64,000 nt of DNA from positions 29,584-93,583 of the forward strand of contig DATAWO010000119.1 in NCBI GenBank assembly GCA_036267165.1. The letters run 5' to 3'. Under the pieces are notes generated by a model. It searched no databases, was not told the DNA's origin, and saw only the letters and a list, made by a program, of their open reading frames with translations. The translations under genes were made by a program, and so were the position numbers. Source of the DNA: Rhizomicrobium sp. GTDB lineage: Bacteria; Pseudomonadota; Alphaproteobacteria; Micropepsales; Micropepsaceae. Shown piece by piece: positions 42,030-51,020 of the stretch (the stretch's first letter is position 1; the number at the start of each line of letters is the position of its first letter).

Positions 42030-44090
42030 ATGATAAATCGCAGAGACCTGCTGGCCAGCGCGTCGGCCCTTACCTTGCTGGGCTTCGGGCCGGCCAGGGC
42101 CCAGGCCGCGCCCGCCGAGACCGATTGGCTGCATTACGCCAACGACCTCGCCAGCACCCGCTATTCGCCGCTCGACCAGATCAGCGCCGCCAACTTCAAC
42201 CAGCTCGACCTGGCATGGCGCTTCTCCACCAATGCGCTCGGGCCCCGGCTTGACGCGGATTTCATGTCCACGCCGCTGGTGATCAAGGGCCGGCTCTACA
42301 CCACCGCGGGCTTCCGCCGCGACGTGGTCTGCCTGGATGCGGGCACCGGCGAGTTGCTGTGGATACACCGCTATGACGAAGGCGAGCGATTGGGCTCGCG
42401 CGGCGGCACGGGCCTGGGCGTCGGCTATTGGACCGATGGCGCCAATGAACGCATCGTCTATGTCACCCGCGGCTACAACATGTTCTCGCTGGACGCCAAG
42501 ACCGGCGTGCCCGATCCGGCCTTCGGCACCAATGGCATGGTCGATCTCCGGCAGAATGACGACCAGACCATGGATCCCAACAAGGGCGTGATCGGTCTGC
42601 ACGCGCCGCCGCTGGTGGTGAAGAATACGGTCGTGGTGGGCGCCGCCCCCACGCTCTATTCCAAGGGCTATGTGCGCGGCTTTGACGTGAAGACCGGAAG
42701 CCGCAAGTGGATTTTCCACACCATCCCGCGCAGGGGCGAGTTTGGCTACGACACCTGGACCACGCCGGGCCAGGCGGAAGCCGCCGGCAATACCGGCGCC
42801 TGGGCGCCGATGTCGGCCGACGAAGAACTTGGCCTGGTCTATGTCCCGGTGGAACTGCCGCAGACCGACATGCTGGGCGTCAGCCGCACCGGCGACAACC
42901 TGTTTGGCGAAACCCTTGTCGCGCTGGACATCGAGACGGGCTCGCGCAAATGGCACTACCAGATCATTCATCACGGCCTGCAGGATCGCGACATCTCCTG
43001 CGCCGGCATCCTTTGCGACATCCCGCACAACGGAAAGACCGTCAAGGCGATCGCCCAGCCCACCAAGCAGGGCTACCTCTATGTGCTGGACCGCACCAAC
43101 GGCAAACCGGTGTTTCCGATTCCGGAAAAGCCGATCCCCAAGGGCCATGTGCCGGGCGAATACTATTCGCCGACCGAGCCCATCCCCAGTGCGCCGCCGC
43201 CTTTCGCGCATCAGGGAGTCACCGAGAACGACCTGGTCGACTTCACGCCGCAGATCAAGGCCCGCGCACTGGAGATCGCCAAGCATTATGTGCTGGCCTC
43301 GCTCTTCACGCCGCCGCCGGTGGTCACGGACCAGATCTTCGGCGCACTGAACATGCCGGGGCTGCAGGGCGGCGCCAACTGGCCGGGCGGCTCCTATGAT
43401 CCCGAGACCAATATCCTCTATGTCTATGCCAAGAACCAGATCGAGATCACCGGCGTGGTCGTGCCGGGCGGCGGCAAGCCGCCCTATCAGCGCGGCGGCC
43501 AGCCTGCGGCCGGCAGCTCCGACCCGAATGGCGGCACTTTTGGCGGCGTCGCCAGCCTGAAGGGCCAGCCCGGCCGCGGCCGCGGCTCGGTCTCGCGCGA
43601 CGGCCTGACCGATCCCATCGTGCCGGGACTGATCTCCATCGAGGGCATTCCGCTGATGAAACCGCCCTATGGCGTCGTCACCGCGCTCGATGTCGCCAAG
43701 GGCACCAAGGTATGGCAGGTGGTGCATGGCGAGACGCCCGATGCGATCAAGAACCATCCGCTGCTCAAGGGCGTCACCATCCCGCGCACCGGCCAGTCCG
43801 GCATCCTGGGCACGCTCACCACAAAGACCCTGGTGATCCTGGGCGACAGCGGCCTGTTCACCGACGAACAGGGCCGCAAGGGCGCGCGGTTCAGGGCCTA
43901 TGACAAGGCCACCGGCGAGGAACGCGGCGCGGTGTTCATGGACAAGGTGCAGACCGGCGCCGCCATGACTTACATGCACGCGGGCAAGCAGTACATCGTC
44001 ACCGCGGTGGGCAGCTCCTATGGCGCCGACCTGCTGGCGTTTGCCTTGCCGGGCGAGGCACCGGCCGCGCCAGTGCGCGAGGAACGTTGA
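42030..44090 (+). CDS. Tat-exported PQQ-dependent dehydrogenase (quinoprotein glucose dehydrogenase-like)
   Basis: Twin-arginine signal NRRDLL; TRYSPLDQI..ANF..L.LAW, GYVRGFDV.TG..KW.F, TKQG.LYVLDR, GGANWPGG.YDP, KPPYG, MTY...GKQYIV. Confidence 0.9.
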   Translation: MINRRDLLASASALTLLGFGPARAQAAPAETDWLHYANDLASTRYSPLDQISAANFNQLDLAWRFSTNALGPRLDADFMSTPLVIKGRLYTTAGFRRDVVCLDAGTGELLWIHRYDEGERLGSRGGTGLGVGYWTDGANERIVYVTRGYNMFSLDAKTGVPDPAFGTNGMVDLRQNDDQTMDPNKGVIGLHAPPLVVKNTVVVGAAPTLYSKGYVRGFDVKTGSRKWIFHTIPRRGEFGYDTWTTPGQAEAAGNTGAWAPMSADEELGLVYVPVELPQTDMLGVSRTGDNLFGETLVALDIETGSRKWHYQIIHHGLQDRDISCAGILCDIPHNGKTVKAIAQPTKQGYLYVLDRTNGKPVFPIPEKPIPKGHVPGEYYSPTEPIPSAPPPFAHQGVTENDLVDFTPQIKARALEIAKHYVLASLFTPPPVVTDQIFGALNMPGLQGGANWPGGSYDPETNILYVYAKNQIEITGVVVPGGGKPPYQRGGQPAAGSSDPNGGTFGGVASLKGQPGRGRGSVSRDGLTDPIVPGLISIEGIPLMKPPYGVVTALDVAKGTKVWQVVHGETPDAIKNHPLLKGVTIPRTGQSGILGTLTTKTLVILGDSGLFTDEQGRKGARFRAYDKATGEERGAVFMDKVQTGAAMTYMHAGKQYIVTAVGSSYGADLLAFALPGEAPAAPVREER

Positions 44091-45088
44091 GCTTGACGCG
44101 GATCACAGCGGCCGTGGCGGCGCTTTGCACCGCGCTTGTGACCATGGGCCAGATGCCCATGCCGACGCCCATGCCTCCCGATCCGTTCGGTCCGCCCGAG
44201 CGCCATTGGGCGCATCTGGCGGATGGCAAACCCTGGGGCACTACGGCAGGCATCGAGATCGGTCCGCATGGCGAGATCTGGGCCATAGATCGCTGTGGCG
44301 ACGGCACCTGCGACGGCTCGAAGATGGCAGCGGTGCATCAAATCGATCCCAGGACGGGGCGGCCGATCCGCAGCATCGGCGCCGGCCTCTTCGCCATGCC
44401 GCACGGCCTGCACGTCGACAAGGACGGCAATGTCTGGGTGACCGACGCCGCGGTGGCCAAGCATGGCGGCCCCAAAGGCGAGCAGGTCATCAAGCTGTCG
44501 CCCGATGGCAAGGTTCTCATGCGGCTGGGGACGGCGGGCGTCTCCGGCGGCGGCCCCACCCACTTCCATGATCCCGGCGATGTGGTGACCGCACCCAATG
44601 GCGATATCTTCGTGGCCGACGGTCATGGCACCGTGGCGCTGGACCTGCCGCCCGATACCATCACCCGCATCATCAAGTTCACGCCGGACGGCAAGTTCAT
44701 CAAGGCGTGGGGAAGCCTGGGCTCGGGCAAGAGCCAGTTCCGCAATCCGCATGCGCTGGCGTTTGATTCCCGGGGCCGGCTGTTCGTCGCCGACCGCGTC
44801 AATGGCCGCATCCAGATCTTCGACCAGGACGGCAAGTGGCTGACGGAATATCGCACCTTCAATCATCCGAGCGGACTGTTCATCGACAAAAACGACACGC
44901 TCTATGCCAGCGACTACAACAGCGAAGGCCAGAAGGGCATTTATATCGGCAGCGCCAGGACCGGAACGCTGAAATACTTCGTCCCCGATGACCAGGCGGG
45001 CGAAGGCGTGGCGCTGGGCCCTGACGGCACCCTCTATGCCGCCACACCCGGCGGAATCACGCGGTTTCTGCCGAAGACGGCGCAATAG
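44087..45088 (+). CDS. Secreted NHL-repeat beta-propeller (peptidyl-alpha-hydroxyglycine lyase-like)
   Basis: MPHGLHVDKDGNVWVTD, FRNPHALAFD, VADRVNGRIQIFDQDG; TTG start overlaps the upstream stop. Confidence 0.85.
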   Translation: MSLTRITAAVAALCTALVTMGQMPMPTPMPPDPFGPPERHWAHLADGKPWGTTAGIEIGPHGEIWAIDRCGDGTCDGSKMAAVHQIDPRTGRPIRSIGAGLFAMPHGLHVDKDGNVWVTDAAVAKHGGPKGEQVIKLSPDGKVLMRLGTAGVSGGGPTHFHDPGDVVTAPNGDIFVADGHGTVALDLPPDTITRIIKFTPDGKFIKAWGSLGSGKSQFRNPHALAFDSRGRLFVADRVNGRIQIFDQDGKWLTEYRTFNHPSGLFIDKNDTLYASDYNSEGQKGIYIGSARTGTLKYFVPDDQAGEGVALGPDGTLYAATPGGITRFLPKTAQ

Positions 45089-45144
45089 CGGCGCACCGTC
45101 CTTCCTGATAATCTTGGCGCAACCGATAAAACAAGGGAAACGCC

Positions 45145-46233
45145 ATGTTCAACCGCCGCAATTTCATCGTTTCGAGCTCGGCGCTGGCCGTAACCGCGCC
45201 CGCCTTCGCCAAGGGCCTCGACCCGCGCGACAGGGACATCAGCTTCGGCACTACCGGCTCCATCTTCGGCACCTGGCCGAACAGCGGCACGCAGAATTCC
45301 ATCGCCATGAAGATGTCCACCGACATGCCGATGATGCTGGCGGATGTGAAGCATTACGGCCTGGAAGGTTTTGAACCCTATTCCGGCCAGGTGGTGCAGT
45401 TCCTCGACGATCCCATGACCTTCAGGAAAGAGCTGGATGCCGCGGGCGTGAAGCTCGCCAGCGTGGGCGATCTGCCGCGCAAGCCTTCCGACCGCACCGG
45501 CGATACTGCGGTCCCGCGCGGCGCGGCCAATGCCGTGGTCGAATATCCCTGGCTGGGCGGCAAGGGGCGCGACAAGCTGATCGCCGACATGGAGGCCTGC
45601 GCCCGCGATTTCCTGCAGCCTTTGGGCGTGGATCACTGGAAGAACAATATGGGCGCGCGTCCGCCGGGCGGCCCCAGCGACGACCAGCTCAAGGCCCTGG
45701 CCGACACCGCCAACGAGATCGGGAGGCGCACCCTGAAGTATGGCGTGCGGCTGTCCCTGCACGCGCATATGTGGGGCCCGATGGAGCGCGAGCATGATTT
45801 CCGCCGGGTGATGGAGCTGACTGATCCCCATTATGTCTGGCTGATCCTGGACACCGGCCATAACGTGCTGGGCGGCATGGATGTGGTGAAGATCACCGAC
45901 GAATTCTTCCCCCGCATCACCGAATTCCACCTGAAGGACACGTTTCCGCAATGGCGCGGCAACAAAGAGGGTCCGACCCAGGAAATGCACCGCCAGAAAA
46001 GCGTCTACGCCTCGGTCGGCCAGGGCGGCGGCGTGGATTTCCCCGGCGTCTTCGCGGTGATGCGCAAGAAGCATTTCAAGGGCTGGGCGGTGTTTGACAT
46101 CGACGCGCCGCGTCCCGGCGACGGCACCGGCAGCGTGGACGACAATATCGCGGCAAGCGTCCGCTACATGCGCGATGTGCTGAAGGTGAACCTGCCCCCG
46201 CCGCCGGCCAAGGGGCTGTTTACCGAAGCATAA
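45145..46233 (+). CDS. Tat-exported sugar-phosphate isomerase/epimerase-like TIM barrel (IolE/AP endonuclease 2 fold)
   Basis: NRRNF signal; H.H, DTGH, FHLKD metal motifs; G.GGVDFPGVF. Confidence 0.85.
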   Translation: MFNRRNFIVSSSALAVTAPAFAKGLDPRDRDISFGTTGSIFGTWPNSGTQNSIAMKMSTDMPMMLADVKHYGLEGFEPYSGQVVQFLDDPMTFRKELDAAGVKLASVGDLPRKPSDRTGDTAVPRGAANAVVEYPWLGGKGRDKLIADMEACARDFLQPLGVDHWKNNMGARPPGGPSDDQLKALADTANEIGRRTLKYGVRLSLHAHMWGPMEREHDFRRVMELTDPHYVWLILDTGHNVLGGMDVVKITDEFFPRITEFHLKDTFPQWRGNKEGPTQEMHRQKSVYASVGQGGGVDFPGVFAVMRKKHFKGWAVFDIDAPRPGDGTGSVDDNIAASVRYMRDVLKVNLPPPPAKGLFTEA

Positions 46234-46237
46234 CGGC

Positions 46238-46621
46238 CTATTCGCAAACCATGCTGAAATTGGCCTGGGCCATGGCCGAGGTGCCGCTGCCGCCCATGGT
46301 GGCGGGATGGCAGGCTTGCGGATTGAGGCTGCGCATTTTCTCCGACGGCTGAAAATGGATGCCATCCGCGGCCACATCCATGCCGTCCTTGCGGTACTGC
46401 GCCCATTGCGCATTGGTCCGGCACACTTCCGGCCCCTTGAGGCGTTCACCCGGAAGGGTCTGGGGCGGACGGCAGGTGATGGCGTTGGGATCGCCCTCCC
46501 CCGTCGGCGTGCCGGCATAGCTCTTGGCGGCAGGTGCGGCCTGGGCATCGGCGGGCGCGGCCGCGGGCTCGGCGAAGGCCGGCGCGGAAAGCAGGACAAA
46601 GGCAGCGACGGCAAATTTCAT
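46238..46621 (-). CDS. Small secreted Cys-containing protein
   Basis: Signal peptide ending AFA; GDPNAITCRPPQ..PG.RL.GPEVC.TN.QW motif; four Cys; GGAG RBS. Confidence 0.75.
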   Translation of the reverse strand: MKFAVAAFVLLSAPAFAEPAAAPADAQAAPAAKSYAGTPTGEGDPNAITCRPPQTLPGERLKGPEVCRTNAQWAQYRKDGMDVAADGIHFQPSEKMRSLNPQACHPATMGGSGTSAMAQANFSMVCE

Positions 46622-46682
46622 GGACGTGGCTCCCGGGACCCTGCACCAGTTTACCGCAAGGCCGGCAGGAATTGAACCGGGC

Positions 46683-47429
46683 TCAAGGCGCGCGGATGAA
46701 CAGGCCGACGGTCAGCGCAATGCCGATCACAACGGCCGCGACACGCAGAATCTTCTGGTTCACCCGGCTGACCAGGCGGCCGCCAATCCAGCCGCCAATC
46801 ACCGCGCCGGCGCAGGCGATGGCCGCCTGCAGCCAATGCACCTGGGGCGAAAAGACGAAAATCGCCACCGCGCTGGCATTCATCACCCCCGCCAGCACAT
46901 TCTTGGTGGCGCTGGCGTTGCGGATCTCAAGCCCGGCCGCGGTGAGCGCCGCCAGCATCAGAAAACCGATACCGCCACCGAAATAGCCGCCATAGATGGA
47001 AATGCAGAATTGCACGACGCCGGCCCCGAACCGGCCCAGCACCGGCGGCCGGTCGGACTTGCGCGGCACGAAGCTGCCATAGGCGAAAACCGAGGTGGCG
47101 AACAGCACCAGCCAGGGCACCATATGGCTGAAGATGGAAGACGGCGTCACCAGGAGCAGGATGGCGCCCACCACACCGCCTGCCAGCGAGATCACGAACA
47201 GCGTCGTGAACGAAAGCCCGCCGGCGCCCGAGACATGCGCGCGCCCCGCCAGGCTTGAAGTGACCTGACCGGGAAACAGCGCAATGGTGGATGTGATGTT
47301 GGCGGCCAGCGCCGTCATGTTGGTGAGCATCAGCGCCGGCAGGGTGAGGAAGGTGCCTCCGCCCGCCAGCGCATTCTGGATTCCCGCCCAAACCGCGACG
47401 GCAAAGAGAATGAGAAGTCCCATGGTCAT
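46683..47429 (-). CDS. TSUP (TauE/SafE) family transporter
   Basis: QNALAGGGTFLTLPAL, ANITST, YGGYFGGGIG, ATKN. Confidence 0.9.
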   Translation of the reverse strand: MTMGLLILFAVAVWAGIQNALAGGGTFLTLPALMLTNMTALAANITSTIALFPGQVTSSLAGRAHVSGAGGLSFTTLFVISLAGGVVGAILLLVTPSSIFSHMVPWLVLFATSVFAYGSFVPRKSDRPPVLGRFGAGVVQFCISIYGGYFGGGIGFLMLAALTAAGLEIRNASATKNVLAGVMNASAVAIFVFSPQVHWLQAAIACAGAVIGGWIGGRLVSRVNQKILRVAAVVIGIALTVGLFIRAP

Positions 47430-47449
47430 GGCGTCGCCATGCCACGACT

Positions 47450-49183
47450 TCAGCCGAAGGTAAACGCGAAGGCCTGCACGCCAGGGTCCAGGAATTGGAT
47501 GGCGAAGGTGTGGTCAGCCTGCATGGCGGAGGTGTTGTCCAGCCGGATCAGCTGATACAGCCGCTGGCTTGTGACCATACCGTTGCCGCCGTCATCGGTG
47601 TCGGTGCCATGGCTTGCGCCGGGCGCCTGGCCGTCCAGCGTCACCTTGAACCGCACCGGCTTTCCATCACTGCCCGGTCCCAGCACCAGATGCAGGTCAC
47701 GGGCGTGGAAGCGGAAAGTGATCTTGCCGCCGGCCGCATCCAGGGCGGATTTCTCTTCCCCGATGGTCCAGCGGCCGGTGAACCCCCACTGGTTGGGCTG
47801 GAGTGGAAACGGCGTTTCGTAATTGGCGGGCTCGTCCTGATGCACCGGACCGGCGGCGAAATTCTCGCCTCTTCCATAGCCGACATAGGTTTCGGGCGAC
47901 TTGGCGGGGTCATCGGGCGTGGCCGCGGCCTGTACGCCCTGCGCTCTGGGATCGACAATGCCGCCGGGGACATTCTGATTGCCGGCCTCGCGCAGCAGCT
48001 GCTGGATCACCCGCTCGGACTCGTCATATTCGCCTTCGCCGAAATGGTGATGGCGGATGCGGCCCTGGGCGTCGATGAAATAATGCGCCGGCCAGTATTC
48101 ATTGTTGAAGGCCTGCCAGATGGCGAGATTGTTATCCAGGGCCACCGGATAGGTCACGCCAAGGTCATGCACCGCGCGCTTCACATTGTCCGGGACTTTC
48201 TCGAAGGCGAATTCCGGCGCATGCACGCCGATCACCACCAGGCCGTGGTTCCTGTATTTCTGCGCCCAGGCTTCGACATAAGGCAGCGCGCGCAGGCAGT
48301 TGATGCAGGAATAGGTCCAGAAATCCACCAGCACCACCTTGCCGCGCAAGCTGGCGCGGGTGAGCGGCGGCGAATTCAGCCATTCCACCGCGCCGTTCAG
48401 TTCCGGCATGGTGCCTTCCACCGGCAGGCTGCTGCCGGCCACGGCGATGCTTTGCGTTTTGCGGCCAAGGCCGGAGCCCTGCAGCAAGGATTGTTCAAGT
48501 CCGGTGGTGCGGGTGAGCGACAGTTGGGTCAGAAGCCCGGTATCCAGGCCCAGCGCGATGGCGGCGACACCCGCCAGCACCAGAACGCCCAGCGCACGGC
48601 GGACCCATTCCCCCACGCCCAGGCTTTTCTTCATGGCGGTAAAGACGCGGCCGCCGATCAGCAGCGCCGCCGCCAGCGAGGTGGCCGCGCCCAGCGCATA
48701 GGCCAGCAGCAACAGGGTGGTGGAGGTGCTGGCGCCCTTGATCGCGGCGCCGGTGAGGATCAGGCCCAGGATCGGACCCGCGCACGGCGCCCATAACAGG
48801 CCGGTCGCAACACCCAGCAGCAGCGAAGACCCGGCGCCGCCCTGCCCCGCGCTGGCGTCATTGGACAGGCGCGAACCCAGCGCCACCAGCGGCCGGGTCA
48901 GATGGTCGGCGAGTTGCGGCAAAAGCAGGGTCAGGCCGAACAGCGCCAGCAGCACCATGGCGGCGATGCGGCCCCATTGATTGGCATGCACCGCCCAGCT
49001 TCCGCCCAGCGTGGCCAGGGTCGCGACACCGGCGAAAGTGATGGCCATGCCCACGAGCAGCGGCAGGCCGGAGCGCAGGAAAGGCTGGTCCGAACGCGCG
49101 AACACGAAGGGCAGGACCGGCAGGATGCAAGGGCTCAGGATCGTGAGCACGCCGCCTATATAAGACAGCAGGAACAGGATCAT
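47450..49183 (-). CDS. dipZ: Cytochrome c biogenesis/redox protein DipZ
   Basis: CcdA domain LSPCILPVLP...WAPCAGPILG, thioredoxin domain DFWTYSCINC, C-terminal AFAFTFG. Confidence 0.92.
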   Translation of the reverse strand: MILFLLSYIGGVLTILSPCILPVLPFVFARSDQPFLRSGLPLLVGMAITFAGVATLATLGGSWAVHANQWGRIAAMVLLALFGLTLLLPQLADHLTRPLVALGSRLSNDASAGQGGAGSSLLLGVATGLLWAPCAGPILGLILTGAAIKGASTSTTLLLLAYALGAATSLAAALLIGGRVFTAMKKSLGVGEWVRRALGVLVLAGVAAIALGLDTGLLTQLSLTRTTGLEQSLLQGSGLGRKTQSIAVAGSSLPVEGTMPELNGAVEWLNSPPLTRASLRGKVVLVDFWTYSCINCLRALPYVEAWAQKYRNHGLVVIGVHAPEFAFEKVPDNVKRAVHDLGVTYPVALDNNLAIWQAFNNEYWPAHYFIDAQGRIRHHHFGEGEYDESERVIQQLLREAGNQNVPGGIVDPRAQGVQAAATPDDPAKSPETYVGYGRGENFAAGPVHQDEPANYETPFPLQPNQWGFTGRWTIGEEKSALDAAGGKITFRFHARDLHLVLGPGSDGKPVRFKVTLDGQAPGASHGTDTDDGGNGMVTSQRLYQLIRLDNTSAMQADHTFAIQFLDPGVQAFAFTFG

Positions 49184-49222
49184 GGGCGCCTCCGGCAGGG
49201 TGTCTAGCACATCCACCGGATA

Positions 49223-49249
49223 TTCGCGGCATACGGCTCAGCCGTTACA
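49223..49249 (-). promoter_or_regulatory. ECF (SigF/EcfF-like) promoter for dipZ
   Basis: Minus strand TGTAAC-N17-CGAA, one mismatch from GTAACC-N16-CGAA; about 40 nt upstream of the dipZ ATG. Confidence 0.6.
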
Positions 49250-49300
49250 GGGGATCAGGCCGGCCACCAGGACCGGTTCGACCGAGGCCGCACATTCGCG

Positions 49301-49447
49301 TCAGGCGTTCGCACGCACCTTGTCCGCCAATTTCGCCGCTTCACATTCGGCGGCCTCGTCTTTGCGGGGCGTACCCCCTCTGGCTTTTCGGTTTTGGGCA
49401 GCAGGCTGCGTCCGCTCAGGCCCGGGAGACTTGCGTTCTTCTGTCAT
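49301..49447 (-). CDS. Putative 48-aa hydrophilic protein (possibly leaderless)
   Basis: MTEERKSPG...KVRANA; GTAAC-N16-CGTT motif at 49456-49480 ends 8 nt before the ATG. Confidence 0.45.
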   Translation of the reverse strand: MTEERKSPGPERTQPAAQNRKARGGTPRKDEAAECEAAKLADKVRANA

Positions 49448-49476
49448 ATCCAGAAAACGCGGCAACGCCGGATCGG

Positions 49477-49923
49477 TTACAGATAACCCGGCGAGGTCGG
49501 CCACCAATTGGGATTTCCGGCAATCCTGGCCGAGCGTCCCATATGCGACTGGCTGGTGCGCAAATCCCGGGCGCGATGACGGCTCAGCATGTCACCGATA
49601 AAGCGGACATAGCGCACGATGAATTCCGCCACGGCATGCAGTTTCTTTTTCTCGACCAAGGCGCGGCCACCGGCATAGCTCTGCACTCTGTACTGGCCAT
49701 GATCGCATTCAATGCTCCAGCCCCCGGTCAGGCGTTGGTCACGGCCACGCTCAAGCCAGCGGTCGGCCAGGTCGGGATGGCGCCGCAGGGCCTCTTCCAC
49801 GTCTTCCACCGTCAGGGCCTGGGGCGAGTCGAGATAGCCCGAACGCAGCAGCAGCCGGGCGGTGGATTCATCGCCCCGTTCATACAATTCGGGCATTTCG
49901 CTTATTTTTTCTGCGAGAATCAT
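49477..49923 (-). CDS. Hypothetical protein (paralogue of 41533-41889)
   Basis: Clearly similar to 41533-41889 over about 115 aa, plus a C-terminal extension. Confidence 0.8.
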   Translation of the reverse strand: MILAEKISEMPELYERGDESTARLLLRSGYLDSPQALTVEDVEEALRRHPDLADRWLERGRDQRLTGGWSIECDHGQYRVQSYAGGRALVEKKKLHAVAEFIVRYVRFIGDMLSRHRARDLRTSQSHMGRSARIAGNPNWWPTSPGYL

Positions 49924-49957
49924 GGGGCACCTGAACCGATTGCGGGATCGATTCCTC

Positions 49958-49982
49958 AATGCGGTTCCTGCCCGGAAGTTTC
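49958..49982 (-). promoter_or_regulatory. ECF (EcfG/SigT-like) promoter candidate GAAAC-N9-GGAACC-G-CATT
   Basis: Matches the motif at 41472-41496; ends 34 nt before the ATG (36 nt in the paralogue). Confidence 0.55.
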
Positions 49983-50109
49983 GGCTGCCGCCAAAATGCC
50001 CCTAAAATACCCCGGAAATGCCCGCCGCATTTCGCGCAACCGCGCATTGCGGCTTTTGCGCGGGCCCAGGTTCCGGCGCGCGCTATAGTGGCCGCGTCGG
50101 GGGGCCTTC

Positions 50110-51009
50110 ATGACAACGCATCTGACATGGCGCGACGCACTTCTGGCGCTTGCCATTGTTTTCGTCTGGGGCACCAATTTCGTGGTGATCCGGGTGGCGC
50201 TGGACGCGCTGCCGCCGCTGTTCCTGGCCACCTTGCGGTTTGTGCTGGTGCTGCTGCCCGCCTGCTTCTTCATCCCGCGTCCCAAGGTATCCTGGGCCAA
50301 TCTGGTGATCTATGGCCTGTGCATCGGCATGCTCCAGTTCGGCGCCCTGTTCATCGCCATGAACGGGCGCATCTCGCCGGGCCTGGCCTCGCTGGTGATA
50401 CAGATGCAGGTCTTCTTCACTATCGCGCTGGCGATGCTGCGCACCGGCGAAAAACTGAAGGCGCACCATCTCCTGGCCCTCGCCCTGGCGCTGGCGGGCA
50501 TGGGCATGATCGCCGCCCATAACGGCCATGGCGGCGCCAGCCTTTCCGGATTGAGTCTGGTGCTGGTGGCCGCGCTGGGCTGGGCGCTGGGCAACCAGGC
50601 CAGCCGCGAGGCCGGCAAGGTCAACATGCTGGCCTATGTGGTGTGGGCGGCGCTGTTCGCCATTCCGCCGCTTCTGGGCCTGTCGCTGTGGCTGGAAGGA
50701 CCCGCCGCGATCGCGGCCGGCATTGCGCGGGCCGGCGCCGTCACCTGGGCCAGCGTGCTGTGGCAGTCGGTGGGCAATACCTTGTTTGGCTATTCCTGCT
50801 GGGCCTGGCTGTTGTCGCGCTACCCCGCGGCCACGGTCGCACCGCTGTCGCTGCTGGTGCCGGTGTTCGGCTTCGGCGCCAGCGCACTGCTGCTGGGCGA
50901 GCCTTTGCCCGCATGGAAGATCGAAGCCACCGTCCTGATCATGGCAGGGCTCGCGGTGAATGTGCTGTGGCGGCCACGCAAGGCCGCCATCAGCGGTGAA
51001 GCAGCCTAG
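50110..51009 (+). CDS. EamA family exporter (O-acetylserine/cysteine exporter-like)
   Basis: VWGTNFVVI, PPLFLATLRF, GISPGLASLVIQ.Q-like motif, LL.RYPAATVAPLSLLVPVFG. Confidence 0.9.
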   Translation: MTTHLTWRDALLALAIVFVWGTNFVVIRVALDALPPLFLATLRFVLVLLPACFFIPRPKVSWANLVIYGLCIGMLQFGALFIAMNGRISPGLASLVIQMQVFFTIALAMLRTGEKLKAHHLLALALALAGMGMIAAHNGHGGASLSGLSLVLVAALGWALGNQASREAGKVNMLAYVVWAALFAIPPLLGLSLWLEGPAAIAAGIARAGAVTWASVLWQSVGNTLFGYSCWAWLLSRYPAATVAPLSLLVPVFGFGASALLLGEPLPAWKIEATVLIMAGLAVNVLWRPRKAAISGEAA

Positions 51010-51020
51010 CCTCTCCCCTT

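Noticed and set aside
42960-43000. D-x-D in the PQQ enzyme as evidence of lanthanide dependence
   Set aside because: Glucose-dehydrogenase-type quinoproteins also carry D-x-D here; the motif is diagnostic only within alcohol/methanol dehydrogenases.
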